A stretch of DNA of 64,000 nt, taken from Bugula neritina. Lineage: Eukaryota > Animalia > Bryozoa. Below, piece after piece: positions 12,773 through 24,762 of the stretch. The DNA lies in the NCBI GenBank assembly GCA_964035545.1, contig CAXIUT010000263.1, positions 43,936-107,935 of the forward strand, in the 5' to 3' direction. Both the position numbers and the translations under genes were made by a program. Position 1 is the first letter of the stretch. Each line of letters opens with the position of its first letter. The notes beneath the pieces are model-generated. The model had not been told where the DNA came from, made no database searches, and worked only from the letters and a program-made list of their open reading frames with translations.

Positions 12773-14400
12773 ATGCATAGACGTAAGTACCAACAAATCA
12801 AAAACTACTCGCATATCATCAAACAAAAAAGAAATGGCAATGAAGAGGAGTCAAGTGAATACTAGACAGAGTAAAAACCTGCCTTCATGGAAGAGGAAGC
12901 TAGTTTGTCCATTCCAAAAAATTAAGAGTTCTAAGATCCAGTTGAAGATTAGTTCTAAGAGGAAGAGGCTTGGATCAGCGAGTCAGAAGAGTAATAAAAC
13001 TAATAAGAAGAAGAGAACAACGAATCAGGGACCATGATGACTCAAAAGTAGGAAGAGATCTAAGAGGAATAAGTCAGGAAGTAGGTTTATTTGGGTACAA
13101 ATAAAACACTGAACAAGGGATAGGTACTATAATTCGATAACACTGCTTATGATATGTTGCACCGTTTGAATACTGAATGGCCTTCAATGTCGCTTGACTT
13201 CATAGCCAAATCATCTCCTTTCGCTCCTGCTTTAACCGAATACCAATCAATGACTTCATATCCATATGAAGTGTTCACAGTTCAGGGCAGTTGCAACAAT
13301 ACGACTAAAAATAGTATATATTTGTCTAAGTGGTCAAAGCTATGTCAAACAAAATATGATGATGATCCTGAGGGCAATGAAGATGATGAGGACCCAGAGA
13401 TAGTTATCCAGGAGATATAGACTACTTTTGATGTGAATAGGATAAGGTCGTTGAACAACTCGCCTGTGGTTGCTTTTTGGAATGACGATGGGAAAAGAGG
13501 AGAAGTTAGAATCATGGATTTAAGCTAGAATTATTAAAAGTTGGTGAATGGAATAGGATCGAAGCGAAGAGAGAAAGGAAAATAAATAGTAGTACCTTTT
13601 GACTGTTCTGGATTCGCTTTAGCTTGGAATTCTCATAAAATAGGCTAGCTTATTGTAGGTGATAACAATGGTAAAGTTACTGTACTGTCTGCCAACTAAA
13701 ACTACACCAAATGGTAAAAAACTCAAACTTACTCGTACCACAGCTCATCAGTTGAAGACCTGGTGATATCGCCTGAACAATCCTTTGTTTTTGCTTCATG
13801 TACTATAGTATGTATTCAGGTTCGTCTGACAGGACATTGCAAGTGGTAGACATGCGTGTGGGAGGTAAGAAATCACAGTTGAAAATCAAAGGACATATGA
13901 AAGATATCAATGTCTGTGATTGGAACAGAATGGCTACTCATCTCATTGTGACTGGGTCAGATGATTGCATGGTTAAGGTGTGGGATTTGAGGATGGTCGC
14001 TGAAGGAGCAGAGGAGGAAGTTTTAAACTTCAACTGGCACAACTAGCCCATCACTTCTATCCGATTCCAGCCTAATGACTAGTCTGTTCTAGCAGTAGCA
14101 AGCGAAGACAACAGACTGTCTCTATGGGACATGTCAATCTAAAACTAATAAAAAGATACTGAAGTGCCTAATTAGTTGTTATTTTTGCACCAAGGACAAT
14201 AAGAAATCAAATAGATTTGTTTTCATCCGGTATACTACTAGATGATTGGGAGTACATCAATCGACGCTATCAATATTTTCAAGCCAGCCCTTGAGATGCC
14301 TTAATACAATGAAGATGAACATGACAAATAGGATCTCAAGAAACCACCCATTAGAGAAGAATAATTAGATCAGTTTTTTGCCAGAATGAAACTCTAATGA
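12773..14400 (+). CDS. GRWD1: glutamate-rich WD40 ribosome-assembly protein (GRWD1/Rrb1)
   Basis: Acidic N-terminus mixing GAA/GAG/TAA/TAG; GEVLEFDNTAYDMLHRLNTEWPSMSLD, HSSSVEDL, GHMKDINVCDWN, LLFLHQGQEEIKEICFHP. 20-nt intron 13800-13819; TGA 14398-14400. Confidence 0.92.
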
Positions 14401-14545
14401 TTTATTTAACATCAACTCTTCTAATATCTGCTTTAATTAGATTTTATCATTATTAATGATTAATTAACTGATGTTTGATGTTATTTGTTTCAATATTTTA
14501 TATTACTATTAATGAGGAATTAACTGATGTTTGATGTTATTTGTT

Positions 14546-14917
14546 TCAATAATCATTTTCTGAGTCGATTTGGGTTTGCAATTGTTCAAAGGTTCCAATA
14601 GCTATGCTTCTATCTTCAAATTCTACTGCTGGATCATATGATTATCCCAATAGTTCCATGATCATTCTTTTTCTACTTCTTTCGAGAGTGGGCTGATATC
14701 TTCCTGCGAATCCCAGGTTTCTTTTATTGTGGGCAGCTCGTCTTAGGTTTTAGGCTTCTCCTGCTTTTCTTTGGTTATAGACTGCGTGTTTTCCGAAGAA
14801 GTAGTAGCGATGGAAGAGCCAGTACATCCATACGACTGTACCTGCAATCCAGATAGGTCTGACTCGTCTGAGCCACCAGTTATTGGTCTCAGCGATGAAG
14901 TTAGTGTAGTAAAACAT
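14546..14917 (-). CDS. small single-TM protein, possibly a ciliate-specific mitochondrial respiratory-complex accessory subunit
   Basis: 123-aa ORF MFYYTNFIAETNNWWLRRVRPIWIAGTVVWMYWLFHRYYFFGK...YQPTLERSRK with codon usage typical of a highly expressed gene. Function inferred from recollection only. Confidence 0.6.
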
Positions 14918-15080
14918 ATTTATATCAACTTATTTTGTTGATTGTCATTAATCGATCATAAATAAGGGACATTAAATCAATATATTAATATAGATATTTA
15001 TAACTGCAATTTTATCCGTGGCTCTTATGCCGGCCTGATAAACATAAACATAAACATAATTGTATATTTAGACGATTGAA

Positions 15081-16976
15081 TCATTGTTATTTTTTTTCAA
15101 TACTCAAGTCAGTTTTAACTTCCTGTCCATTGGCTCCACTTCTAGGCGTTCCCTCTACTTTACACTCCCTAAACAACTTTTACATACTTTTCTCGTTTTT
15201 GGTCTTATCCTCGATCACTCTCTGAATCCTTCCTATCTTTCTTAAAGTCAGTATTTCTACATCATATATCTCCCACTCTTCCTGAGTCACAATCAACTAC
15301 TGGTAGGACTCGATATCGTCCATCATTATAATGGCAGTTGCTAGCATCTTTGCATATTTTTACTGTGAGAGTATGACTTCTTTATGTTGAAAAATAAATT
15401 AGAAAAGGCTTCTTCTTGGTTCTATGCTATGAGCTTTAAGTAATTCTGGATATCTTTTTATTCTCCTCTATATAGGTCCCTCCTAATTTCTCTTATTTTT
15501 GGACTAAAGTTCTTTCTCAAGTTCCGACTATATCTTCTTTTGAGACTTATCTCGAATGTCTTTGATTTTACTTTCTTCGAATAATCGTTTAAGCAAGTGG
15601 TATTTGTTAGTTAAATCTAGCAGCTTACTACGTTATTTTGCTCTTAAATACTTCTACAGTATAAATATAGAAAGATATTTGAGTACCATATAAACAAGAA
15701 ACCTTTCCAGTTTAGGTTGCTAGAAGTATAGATACTAAAATATTCCAAAAATTGTGTCTTGAATCATATTGATTCTCATGATTTAAAAGTTAAGATTATA
15801 CCTTTCCTTTTTGAAAAGAATAGCCTTCTTCTTCTAAGATAGTTAGTAGTAAAACGATGACTCTTCTTCGTAATCGTTCTTACAAAGAGGACTAACAAAA
15901 CATTAAAGATCGTAAGCTGACCACCTTTACTTAGGATCATGCTATGTGCACATAGTCAGTATTTTTATCCAGGCTCTAGGGGTTTTGAAGTTATACTTTT
16001 CTCTTTGTTTGGCTATCCTCTCCTTATCAACAACTATCTCTTCTCTCATTTCTTCTTGTTTCTTTTTATCTTGTTCCAGTTTGTTTATTCCCAGCCACAA
16101 TCGATACTCCAATTCTGTCAACTTCTCCTTAACATAATCATCTCTTTACTGGCCGTCGTAATTCAGTCCTCGAGTTCCAAACAACTTCTCGCCTCCAGTG
16201 AACAATTCATAAAGAGTGAGTCCAAATGAATAGATATCACACTTGCTATTATACTAAGTATTCAAGTCTATTTCTGGAGCTTTGTAGTGTCTTGTTCCAC
16301 TATTGGTGTAGGAACGATTTTACTTGAGATATCCTACTTTTGATATTCCGAAGTCTATCAAATAGACTTACTTGGAGTTGTCGTTCTAGAGATAGACTAA
16401 GTTGGCAGGTTTGATGTCTCTGTGAATAATAGAAAGAGAGTCTTCAACATATCTTTCTTTTGGTTTGAAGTTTTTCAAGATGTCATAGTGCAGGTATTTG
16501 ATTATTTATGAACACTTCTTTGCAAAAGCTTTGATATCTTCTTCTTTTAAGCCTCCCTTTATCTTCTACAACAAAGTCCCTCCTTTCGCATACTTAGTCA
16601 CCAAGTAATATTTTTTATTTTCCTTGTTTTGGAATATGTCGAGGACAGGCAAAATGTATTTATCAGTTTAGCTGTTTTTCCAATCTTTAACTATAGACAA
16701 GAGGATTGTAAGTTATCTATCCCAATCATTCTTACTATGCCACTTTTATGATTTTTTAAATTATTTAAGCGCCACTTCTGAAAATTTGTATTCTGATGAC
16801 TGTTTCGAAGAGGAGTATTTTCTTATAGCAACATAAACAACTCCAAAACCTCCTCGACCGAGAAACTTATCTTTTATTATTTTGTATTATCCATTCTAAC
16901 CGATGATCTGAGGTTCAGATGACTCATACCATTGCTTTTGCAACTATTGCTCTTTGCTTGGTTAGTTCGACATCAT
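15081..16976 (-). CDS. Ser/Thr protein kinase with long C-terminal extension
   Basis: LGRGGFGVVY, VALK, alphaC Glu encoded by TAA (16713-16715), HRDIKPAN, DFG, APE, DIYSFGLTLYEL. Confidence 0.92.
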
Positions 16977-17095
16977 TATTGTAACCTTATGAAATAAGTA
17001 TAAAATAAAAAGTTTAGCTTAGATTGTATTTTAAAACCAACCAAATAATTCAACTAATAGTAATAATTCATTTAATATTATAGTTATAAAAACAG

Positions 17096-18055
17096 TCAAT
17101 CAAAAGGTTTCATTTATCCTACTAACTTATTCATAACAAACAGACATTTGTACTTACTACTGCCAAAAACAAGGACTCCAAAACCATTTCTAGCACCATT
17201 TTGAAAATACCCTTTGTAGATAACTCCATTACAGTAGTATAAAATTCCTATCCCATTAAATAGTCCATCACTAATCTCTCCCTCATACTTCTATATCTAG
17301 CCAGATGGATAAGTCAGCTAGCACTGGCCCCACATACTACCGAAGTAGAAATCTCCCTTATAAGTTATCCCTGATGAAAAACAGTAAGTTCCATATCCAT
17401 GAAGCTGACCATCTTTTGTATTGCCTTTGTAGTTGTCTCCGTTTTTGAATGATATTTATGTTTGGCCATCGAAGTTGTTCCCCTTGAAAACTGAATATAT
17501 GCTGAATTGAGTTGATTTGTAGGTTGCCTCTCCATGCTTTAGTCCCTAGTAAAAATATCCTGAATAAACATCTCCATTCTCGTGGATATAAGTGCCTTCA
17601 TCGTGAAGGTTGTTTTTAATAAAACTGCCATCAAGTTGTCTCTGTGTTCCGTTTGCTTCTTTAATCGTAAGAGATCCTTTAGCAATACCAGTGCCTGACT
17701 CATTAACAGTTCCTTTGTATTGATAAATCACTATTTTATTTGAGTCATATTTCTTTATAGTTCCGTCAACCATTTTTCCATCTTTAAACTGTCCCTAGTA
17801 AATCTTATTATTATTTTGTTTGTTTTGTAGTTGTAGTACTCCCTATCCACTAAATTGACCTTTCTCTAAAGATCCTTTATATGTATATTGTGGACATTTT
17901 ATTATTCCTTTTACAAATTATCCATCAACAAACTAACCTTATCCTGAAGAGCCAGAAGAAAAGGTAAGCTTCCCTTTTCCATTAGGAGTCTTCTTGTTAA
18001 CTTAACCTTAGTAAGTTAGCTTATTTGCATAATTAATAGTTGTTTGGTTACCCAT
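17096..18055 (-). CDS. MORN-repeat protein, N-terminal MGN (possible myristoylation)
   Basis: Repeated YxGxF/WxxG...GxG motifs; TAC TAA GGT TAA = YEGE and TAC TAG GGA CAG TTT = YEGQF. 320 codons, TGA 17096-17098. Confidence 0.9.
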
Positions 18056-18140
18056 TCTTCTTTATTAGTTATTATTATTCGATATGATTTCTAATAGAAC
18101 TTAATAGCTTTGAACTAAATTATTATTATATAATTTTAAA

Positions 18141-18797
18141 TCACTCTAACTCTCCCTAAAACTTAACTCTTTCATGCTTTCTCTTTTTGAAATTAGGGTT
18201 CATCAAACTTCTATTTTTAACTTTGACTTCTCCATCCTTTTTTAGTCCATTCAGTACTTCTTTAATGGCCACAGGATTTACTTTATCTTTCTTTCCTTAC
18301 TCCTCTACTTTCTTCCATTTCTTTCTTTCCTCTTAGATTTCACTGTCTTTTGCCTCAAACAACTGCTTCAAAAACATTTTGAGAATCACTCTGAAATCTC
18401 TTGGACTTGTTTCACTATCAATACTCTTTTATACAATAAAAGAACAACTCATAACCAAACCTTCTCCTATTTTCATCTGTGTTTCAACCTTAATATCCTA
18501 GCCACTCAGAGTCAACTTGCTACTCTCTTTCAAATTACTGATCAATTGTCTGCTGAAGGTAGTTAGCTCAGTATTGATATGCATATTTGCTTTTAGCTCT
18601 TAAAGAAACTATCTATCGACTTTTTTCAACCAAAATATAGACTAGCAATTGGTGATGTAGAGAGTGACGTAATTTTTATCTTTTGGAAGTTTGAATAGCA
18701 AAAGGTACTAGGAACGAGATATAGTATAGCGTTTGTTGGTGTTGTTTAGGATGTCAAGGAGAGTGTGATCTGGTGGAAGAGATTATTAAAGCTTCAT
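18141..18797 (-). CDS. PAXX-like NHEJ accessory factor (XRCC4/XLF/PAXX superfamily)
   Basis: 218-aa intronless ORF with a beta-rich head (VTLYITNCESIFWLKKV), a short coiled coil, and C-terminal SLMNPNFKKRKHERVKFE, which parallels the PAXX Ku-binding tail (human SLINPGFKSKKPAGGVDFD). Confidence 0.72.
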
Positions 18798-18960
18798 AGA
18801 ATTCTTATTAAATATAATTCATATCATGACATAAGTAGTTTCTTAAAGGTTTAAAAGATAATGAAGTTAAGTTTGTTGAAGATGTTATTTAAGTATAAAA
18901 GAATATAAGTCGTATATTTTTAAATGATAGAGATAATATACTCGTTATAAATTAAATAAT

Positions 18961-20691
18961 ATGAAAAACTCAATTATTGCGTAAATAAGGCGCCTTAAAT
19001 CACAAAAAACAACTCCTCCTCTCTAACCTCAAACAACATCATACTCTTATTCCCAAAAACAATCAAAAAAATCATCAATAACTTCAAGTCTCAGCAACAT
19101 TCCCAATCAAAAAAATAGGATGAAGATTTTTTAGAATATAAGTTTTTGTTTTCCTCAGTTAGACATTGATCTTTCTCCTAGACGAGTCTAGTGCATGACT
19201 AAATAAATAGTCTTAGAGAAAGGCCGAGTGGTAGAGTATGGCGGTGGAGTACTGGTTGAAGTGGTGGATTATTTGTTAGTGAACCCTAAAGTGGATGTGA
19301 GTTATTTATTAGATCAGATAGGAAATAAAATTATATTTAAAGAAATACTGGATTACCACTATATTCTAGAATGTCTAAGATAAGATATTTTACTTGACCA
19401 TCTAAAGTACTCCTTGTATCGCAAATAAGATAAAAAATAAGAGTATTCAGAAGAATAAACTGTTACTTTGAAACAAAATGGAAATAAAAAAATTAAAATA
19501 TCACAAAGTTAAAGTCAAATAGTTGATAAACAGATTTAACAGTTTACTGACGATTAGTAGTAAACTAAAACTATTGCTGTCTACGATAATAAATAATAAA
19601 TAGTCTTAAAAAAACCTTACTAATTTGATTAATAACATCAAAAACAACAATAAAAGATACATAGATAAAAATTCATTTGTCAAAAACCAACAACAACAAC
19701 ATTATCTTTAAACAAATTTATCTGCGACTAACTGATGAAACTACAAAAGATTTATGAAAACTAACGGGATGTGGGTAGAAAGATAGCTTATCTCAAAGCT
19801 ATTTCTGCAATAAGGACACTAGATAAGGAAATAGAATCATAAAGAGATTTATAGAATTTAAGAGGAGTGGGAAGTAAAATAATTAAAAAAGTTAAATAGT
19901 TGATCAGCACAGGTAAATTATAAAAACTATAAAAACTACAACAAAACTAAAGAAGAGGAGTGATGGAGTAGCTATCAAAGATATGGGGAGTCGGACCAGC
20001 TAAAGCATAACAACTCTATCAATAGGGCATCCGTTCTATCCAAGATCTAAAAACAAAAACTAATCTCCTCAATAAAAACCAACGCATAGGACTCAAATAC
20101 TACTAAGATTTCCAACATAAAATCCCCAGATAAAAAATCACCCAGATATTCTAGCACTTCCTCAAAGTATTCAACACTCTCGCTCACCAAGACCTCTATC
20201 ATATCTAGGTCTGTGGCTCTTATCGCCGGGGTCGTTCCTAATGCGGAGACATCGATATTTTGATATCTAGGAAAGATGGAAAGCACGAGAAGACACTCTT
20301 GGTAGATTTGATTTTGTAGTTGTAGAAAGATGGACTCATTACTGACCATCTGGTCTTCCCTTCTAGCTCAAAAGAGTTAAGTAGCTTATCCTATATGGGC
20401 GTTTGTCAGCTCAATGACGAGCTACATCATCGCATCGATATCAAACACTACCAAATCAACTAATACCCCTACGCGCTGTTGTATTTTACAGGAAGTGATA
20501 TGTTCAATAGATCTATGAGACTGTTTGCTTCTCGACTGGGCTTGCAACTTAATGACCATGGAGCAGTTGCTCGAAGAAGAACGCAGCTAGACTAGTTTTG
20601 GACTGGCGTTATACCAACTGTTACCAAGTAAGAGGATATATTTTAGTATCTTGGAATGGAGTATAAAACACCAGCTGAACGCGACCTATGA
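18961..20691 (+). CDS. family X DNA polymerase with N-terminal BRCT (Pol lambda-like)
   Basis: BRCT-like segment (IFENISFCF...YILECLRE), lyase/HhH motifs (LRGVGSKI, IWGVGPAKA, GLKYYEDF), catalytic CGSYRRGRSECGDIDILI, RIDIK, YFTGSDMFNRSMR, EEDIFEYLG...PAERDL. TGA 20689-20691. Confidence 0.95.
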
Positions 20692-20759
20692 TTACTACCT
20701 ATCTTCAATACTATTCTATTTCATTTAGTTGATATAGTTTATTTAGTTAATTAGTTAAT

Positions 20760-20849
20760 TTGGGGTTGGGGTTGGGGTTGGGGTTGGGGTTGGGGTTGGG
20801 GGTTGGGGTTGGGGTTGGGGTTGGGGTTGGGGTTGGGGTTGGGGGTTGG
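20760..20849 (+). repeat. telomeric (TTGGGG)n tract T2, ~15 units
   Basis: G4T2 repeats with two G5 variants, 68 bp after the PolX stop. Confidence 0.97.
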
Positions 20850-21099
20850 TTTTTATTCACAATATTTGATCAGCAGATACAAAAGAATATTATTTGATAA
20901 AATAAAGGCATAAATTAGTGCTAATATTAAATAAATTTGATTAATTGATCAATAATTATTCAAAGGCTAGTTTTCTAGATACAGATATTAATTAGAATTA
21001 AGAATAAAATCTTTTATATTAATTATGATTGTTCTTGATAGCTGAATAGTAATAAATAGTTTAGGTTTAAAATCAGTTGTGACCATTGAATAATATTTA

Positions 21100-21369
21100 A
21101 TGCCACACATAAAGGGAATGCTGGGGAGCAAAGTGATAGCAGAGGAAAACATCGACTAAAAATCAATGCGCAGACAAAGAAGACAAGATGATCCGATCCG
21201 GTGCATCAGAATCGACTGCAAAATACCACAGCATATCAACTATCAAGTAGGAAGCATGGATATCTTCAATTTCGGAGAATAATTGTAAAAAATACAACTG
21301 ATCAAGTATGGAGAAGTGTTGAAACTGGAAGGCTAGTTCAGTGATGCCTATAGCAACTTCAAATATTGA
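21100..21369 (+). CDS. small hypothetical protein
   Basis: 89-aa ORF MPHIKGMLGSKVIAEENIDEKSMRRQRRQDDPIRCIRIDCKIP...SNFKY; start uncertain. Confidence 0.5.
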
Positions 21370-21555
21370 TTGTCTAGTCCATATATCTGATTTTAATAAT
21401 ATCATCTCATTTTTAGTCATTTAATCTGGTGTTTTAGTCCATATATCTGGTTGTCTAGTCTGTTAATCTGTTTAAATTGATTGTTATTCATTTTTCTGAT
21501 TGTTATTCATAGATCTGATTGTTATTCATAGATCTGATTGTTATTCATATATTTG
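21368..21555. repeat. degenerate short tandem repeats between convergent stops
   Basis: TAGTCCATATATCTG-type and TGATTGTTATTCATAGATC-type (~19 bp) units repeated. Confidence 0.75.
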
Positions 21556-21568
21556 ATATAAAGGTGAA

Positions 21569-22370
21569 TCACTTTTTCTTTTTGGTTCTTGTTGTAGAAG
21601 AACCTTGAGAAAGCAATTTTTAATGGCTATCCAGAAGACCTTATAACTGTTCCATAAAATTTTAACGTTACTACTATTATTGGGTTACTTAAAGTCTCAA
21701 TTTCTGATTTTAAACTGACAACTAAGCAGAACTCAAATGCATGCGGTCATTGGTATCGTCACGATTCTTGTTTCCTTTTCTTTTACCAGAAATATTGTTT
21801 TTTCCTGTCTATATTTCCTGAGTAATTCTAAAAATACATGCGACCTATGTTGTAGAACTAGATTATTGACTCCAAAACTTTTGAGGATGAGCCAACTGTT
21901 CATAATTGCTTTAGTTTTTGATTTTATTAGAAAATGAATCACTTTTTACAGTTTATTTTGACATTCTAAGAGGGCAATATTGGATGTTTATTTTGTTATA
22001 AGTTCAGGATTATGCATCCTTTCTTCTTTATTTCTTATTTATTGATGATTCTAAGTCTAGTTATGTTTATTTTTTGATTTTTTACTTTGATTATGTTCTT
22101 TTTGATAGTTGTAAATCATCTGAAAACCTTTTCTTTTATGTTTGTTGACCCTGAATAACAATAAAACTACATCTTTTTGCATAAATGAACCAGCTAATTG
22201 ACCTTTTTCTCAACAAACAAATATGAAATCAAATAAATATTGTGATTTTACTAGTTATGTGAGTTAGACCTTTCAAAGCCTTCAGGTTGAACATGACTAT
22301 GAGAATAGTTCCATTGCGAATTTGAATAGTTTTGGTACTTGGAGTTGGTTGGAAGTAGAGAGAATTCCAT
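21569..22370 (-). CDS. hypothetical protein
   Basis: ATG 22370; two 20-nt GTA...AG introns restore a 254-codon frame ending at TGA 21569-21571. Confidence 0.6.
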
Positions 22371-22646
22371 TCAAATTATTTGATTATTTACTGTTATTGA
22401 TAAAACTGATTCAAATAAATATTATAGGCAAAAAGTATCAAAAATAAATACCTTTTTCATTACGATTGATCACAATTATAGATCATATATTTAGTATCTT
22501 GTTTTTTGTGATTTAAATTAATCTTTTTCACAGTTATTTTTTCTATGCAATGAATATTGAAAGAAAATATTTTAGACCTGAATGTCGTTCTATAGCAAAA
22601 CTGATATAAACATGATGAATAGATAGATATTATCATAATTATCTAA

Positions 22647-24494
22647 TCAAGATGAAGATTTTTTTTTATTTGGTTCCCTTTTTTCTCTTCTTTATCTTCT
22701 TTCTTGCCTTTACTTCTTCATGTTTTATTAACTGTCTACCAAAGAGGATCCTATGTATTCAACCTAAATACTATTTTCTTCTTTATCCTTGATTATCTTC
22801 TTTGACTATACATAACTTTATCTCAAAAAATCATTTTAGTATTTCCTAGCTTCTCTTTTATACCTGCTTATACCTGCCTCTACTTTGCTTTTATCAATTT
22901 ATTTGTTAAAGTTTTAGCTGTCTCTACTATCTTAACTAAACTCTAAAGCACTTATATCTTCTTCTACATTTTATATTTTATCGTCTGGATTTCTTTTCGA
23001 TTCCACTTATAACTCTTGATAGATCATTTCTTGTTTTGAAATATTATTGACTCCCAAAGAATCATTACTTGGCTATTTCTCCTTTTATTTTTTTCTATTA
23101 GTAATTTAAAGAGTAAAATATTTTTTTCTTTGTTTTTTTGCTTTATTTAAAGTTGGCTTTTCCCTCATATAAACCTTTTACAATTCTTTTTTTTATAAAA
23201 GTTTCTCAAGAGCAGCATCCATAAGGATAAGTTTTCTCATTACATAAGTTATATCAATTTGATTCATCATTTCTTAGCTGCAATCGATAAAGTATTGAGT
23301 TTTTTTCCAATTTGGATTGAACTTGAGATATGATAGACCTTTTTTGATCAGCATAAGCAAGTAGAAACCTATGTTAAATGATTGAGATGTTATTTATTCT
23401 TTGTCATTATCTACCAGAACCTTCTTAGCCAAACTAATTTAATAAGCTTTTTCAGTATAAAAGCTCATGATGAAGATAAGTCCCAAGATAGTTCCTATTA
23501 ATCCTCCGACGTATGATAGATAAATATCGACTTTGTTGAAGCTTCGAGTATAGGTGATCGTTTTTGGTGATTTTCTGATGGTAAGTTAAACTAGATTATA
23601 AGCAATACTGGTATTTACTGTTGATGTTTAGTAGCTAAAAGATGTAAAGACATCAGGAACACTGATAATCTTTTCTGAGAGTATGTCTTGGAAAGGTAAA
23701 ATGCTTGTATCAGTTTCAATGGTGTCTTATTGAAGGTGCATAGAAGCTGTTATTCCTAATTTCGAAGTAAAAGGAAAAATATTCCTATCATCTAAGCTAA
23801 AACTTTTATAGTCTTGGTTTTCTGAATTGACAATGGTATGGAGGTAGGGGACAGCTAGCTGAAAGTATCCTATACTCTGTTCGATAGCTGCAAAGGAAAC
23901 ATCATCTAAACAGGTTGGATCAATTGTATTATTACATCTTTTAATTGTAACTTTTAGGTTGGCATAAAGATCAGAAGGAGGTTGTCCTACAACAGTAAAT
24001 TAATGTCCAAGAGGGGGACAAAGGAGCTAGTTTATCTTTATTTTTTGTGCCATTTCTTAAAAATCAGGAGCAAAGACAAAGTGTTCTTCAGTGCACTCCA
24101 CAAGATTAGTTTTAGTCATATTTTTTAGAACATAGCCAGTTGTCCTGAATTCTTGAATAAGTTCAATATCAAATATTTTAGGAACTGCATTTAGGTTTAT
24201 TCCCCAAACTCCAACGATGAACATAAACTTACCCATTTGATTGATGGTAAACTTCAGTTCAGAAGGAGTGATCTAACTCTGACTGAAGGTAGAAGAAGTG
24301 ATGATCTCCTTTCTGAGAGTTCTGAGACCCATGCTGGAGAAGAGGATAATGAAGATGACAATGACAGCAATGGAGATGACTCCTCCAGTAGATGTAGTGT
24401 ACTCACTGTCTCTATTGTATCTGAGGAACTTGCTGCTGGGGAAGAAATCTACAGATCTGAAGAGTTTGCTGAAGTAGAAACAACAGGATGGCAT
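22647..24494 (-). CDS. two-TM membrane protein with large Cys-containing luminal loop (paralog A)
   Basis: 616 codons. TM1 (TGGVISIAVIVIFIILF), loop motifs ECTEEHF and LCPP, TM2 (YTRSFNKVDIYLSYVGGLIGTILGLIFI), cytosolic QIDITYVMRKLILMD. Confidence 0.85.
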
Positions 24495-24762
24495 GCTAGT
24501 GATGAACAAAAAAAAATGATAATGTAATTTTATTCGCTATTTAGAAATGAGTGAAGGAAGGGAAATATTTTTTGAGAGATTTTCTTCTAAAAGGATCATA
24601 AATGTCGTTTATTTGTTTTGATTAGATATTTGAGCATTTATTGCTAAAAATAATCAACATATATTAATTTTATTATAGATTATCTATCTTAAAAAATAAT
24701 TATTATCTGCCCATTAAATTGTTCCTTAGAATAATAATATTTTGAAGATAAAATCTATGAAA

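Noticed and set aside
20839-20853. Match to the Tetrahymena chromosome-breakage sequence consensus (AAACCAACCYC) on the minus strand at the T2 right junction
   Set aside because: It is produced by the telomeric repeat abutting a T run, and the other junctions do not show it.
20850-20940. Possible 3' gene fragment right of T2 (FYSQYLISRYKRILFDKIKAEISANIKEI-TGA)
   Set aside because: Too short and without a recognisable motif to call.
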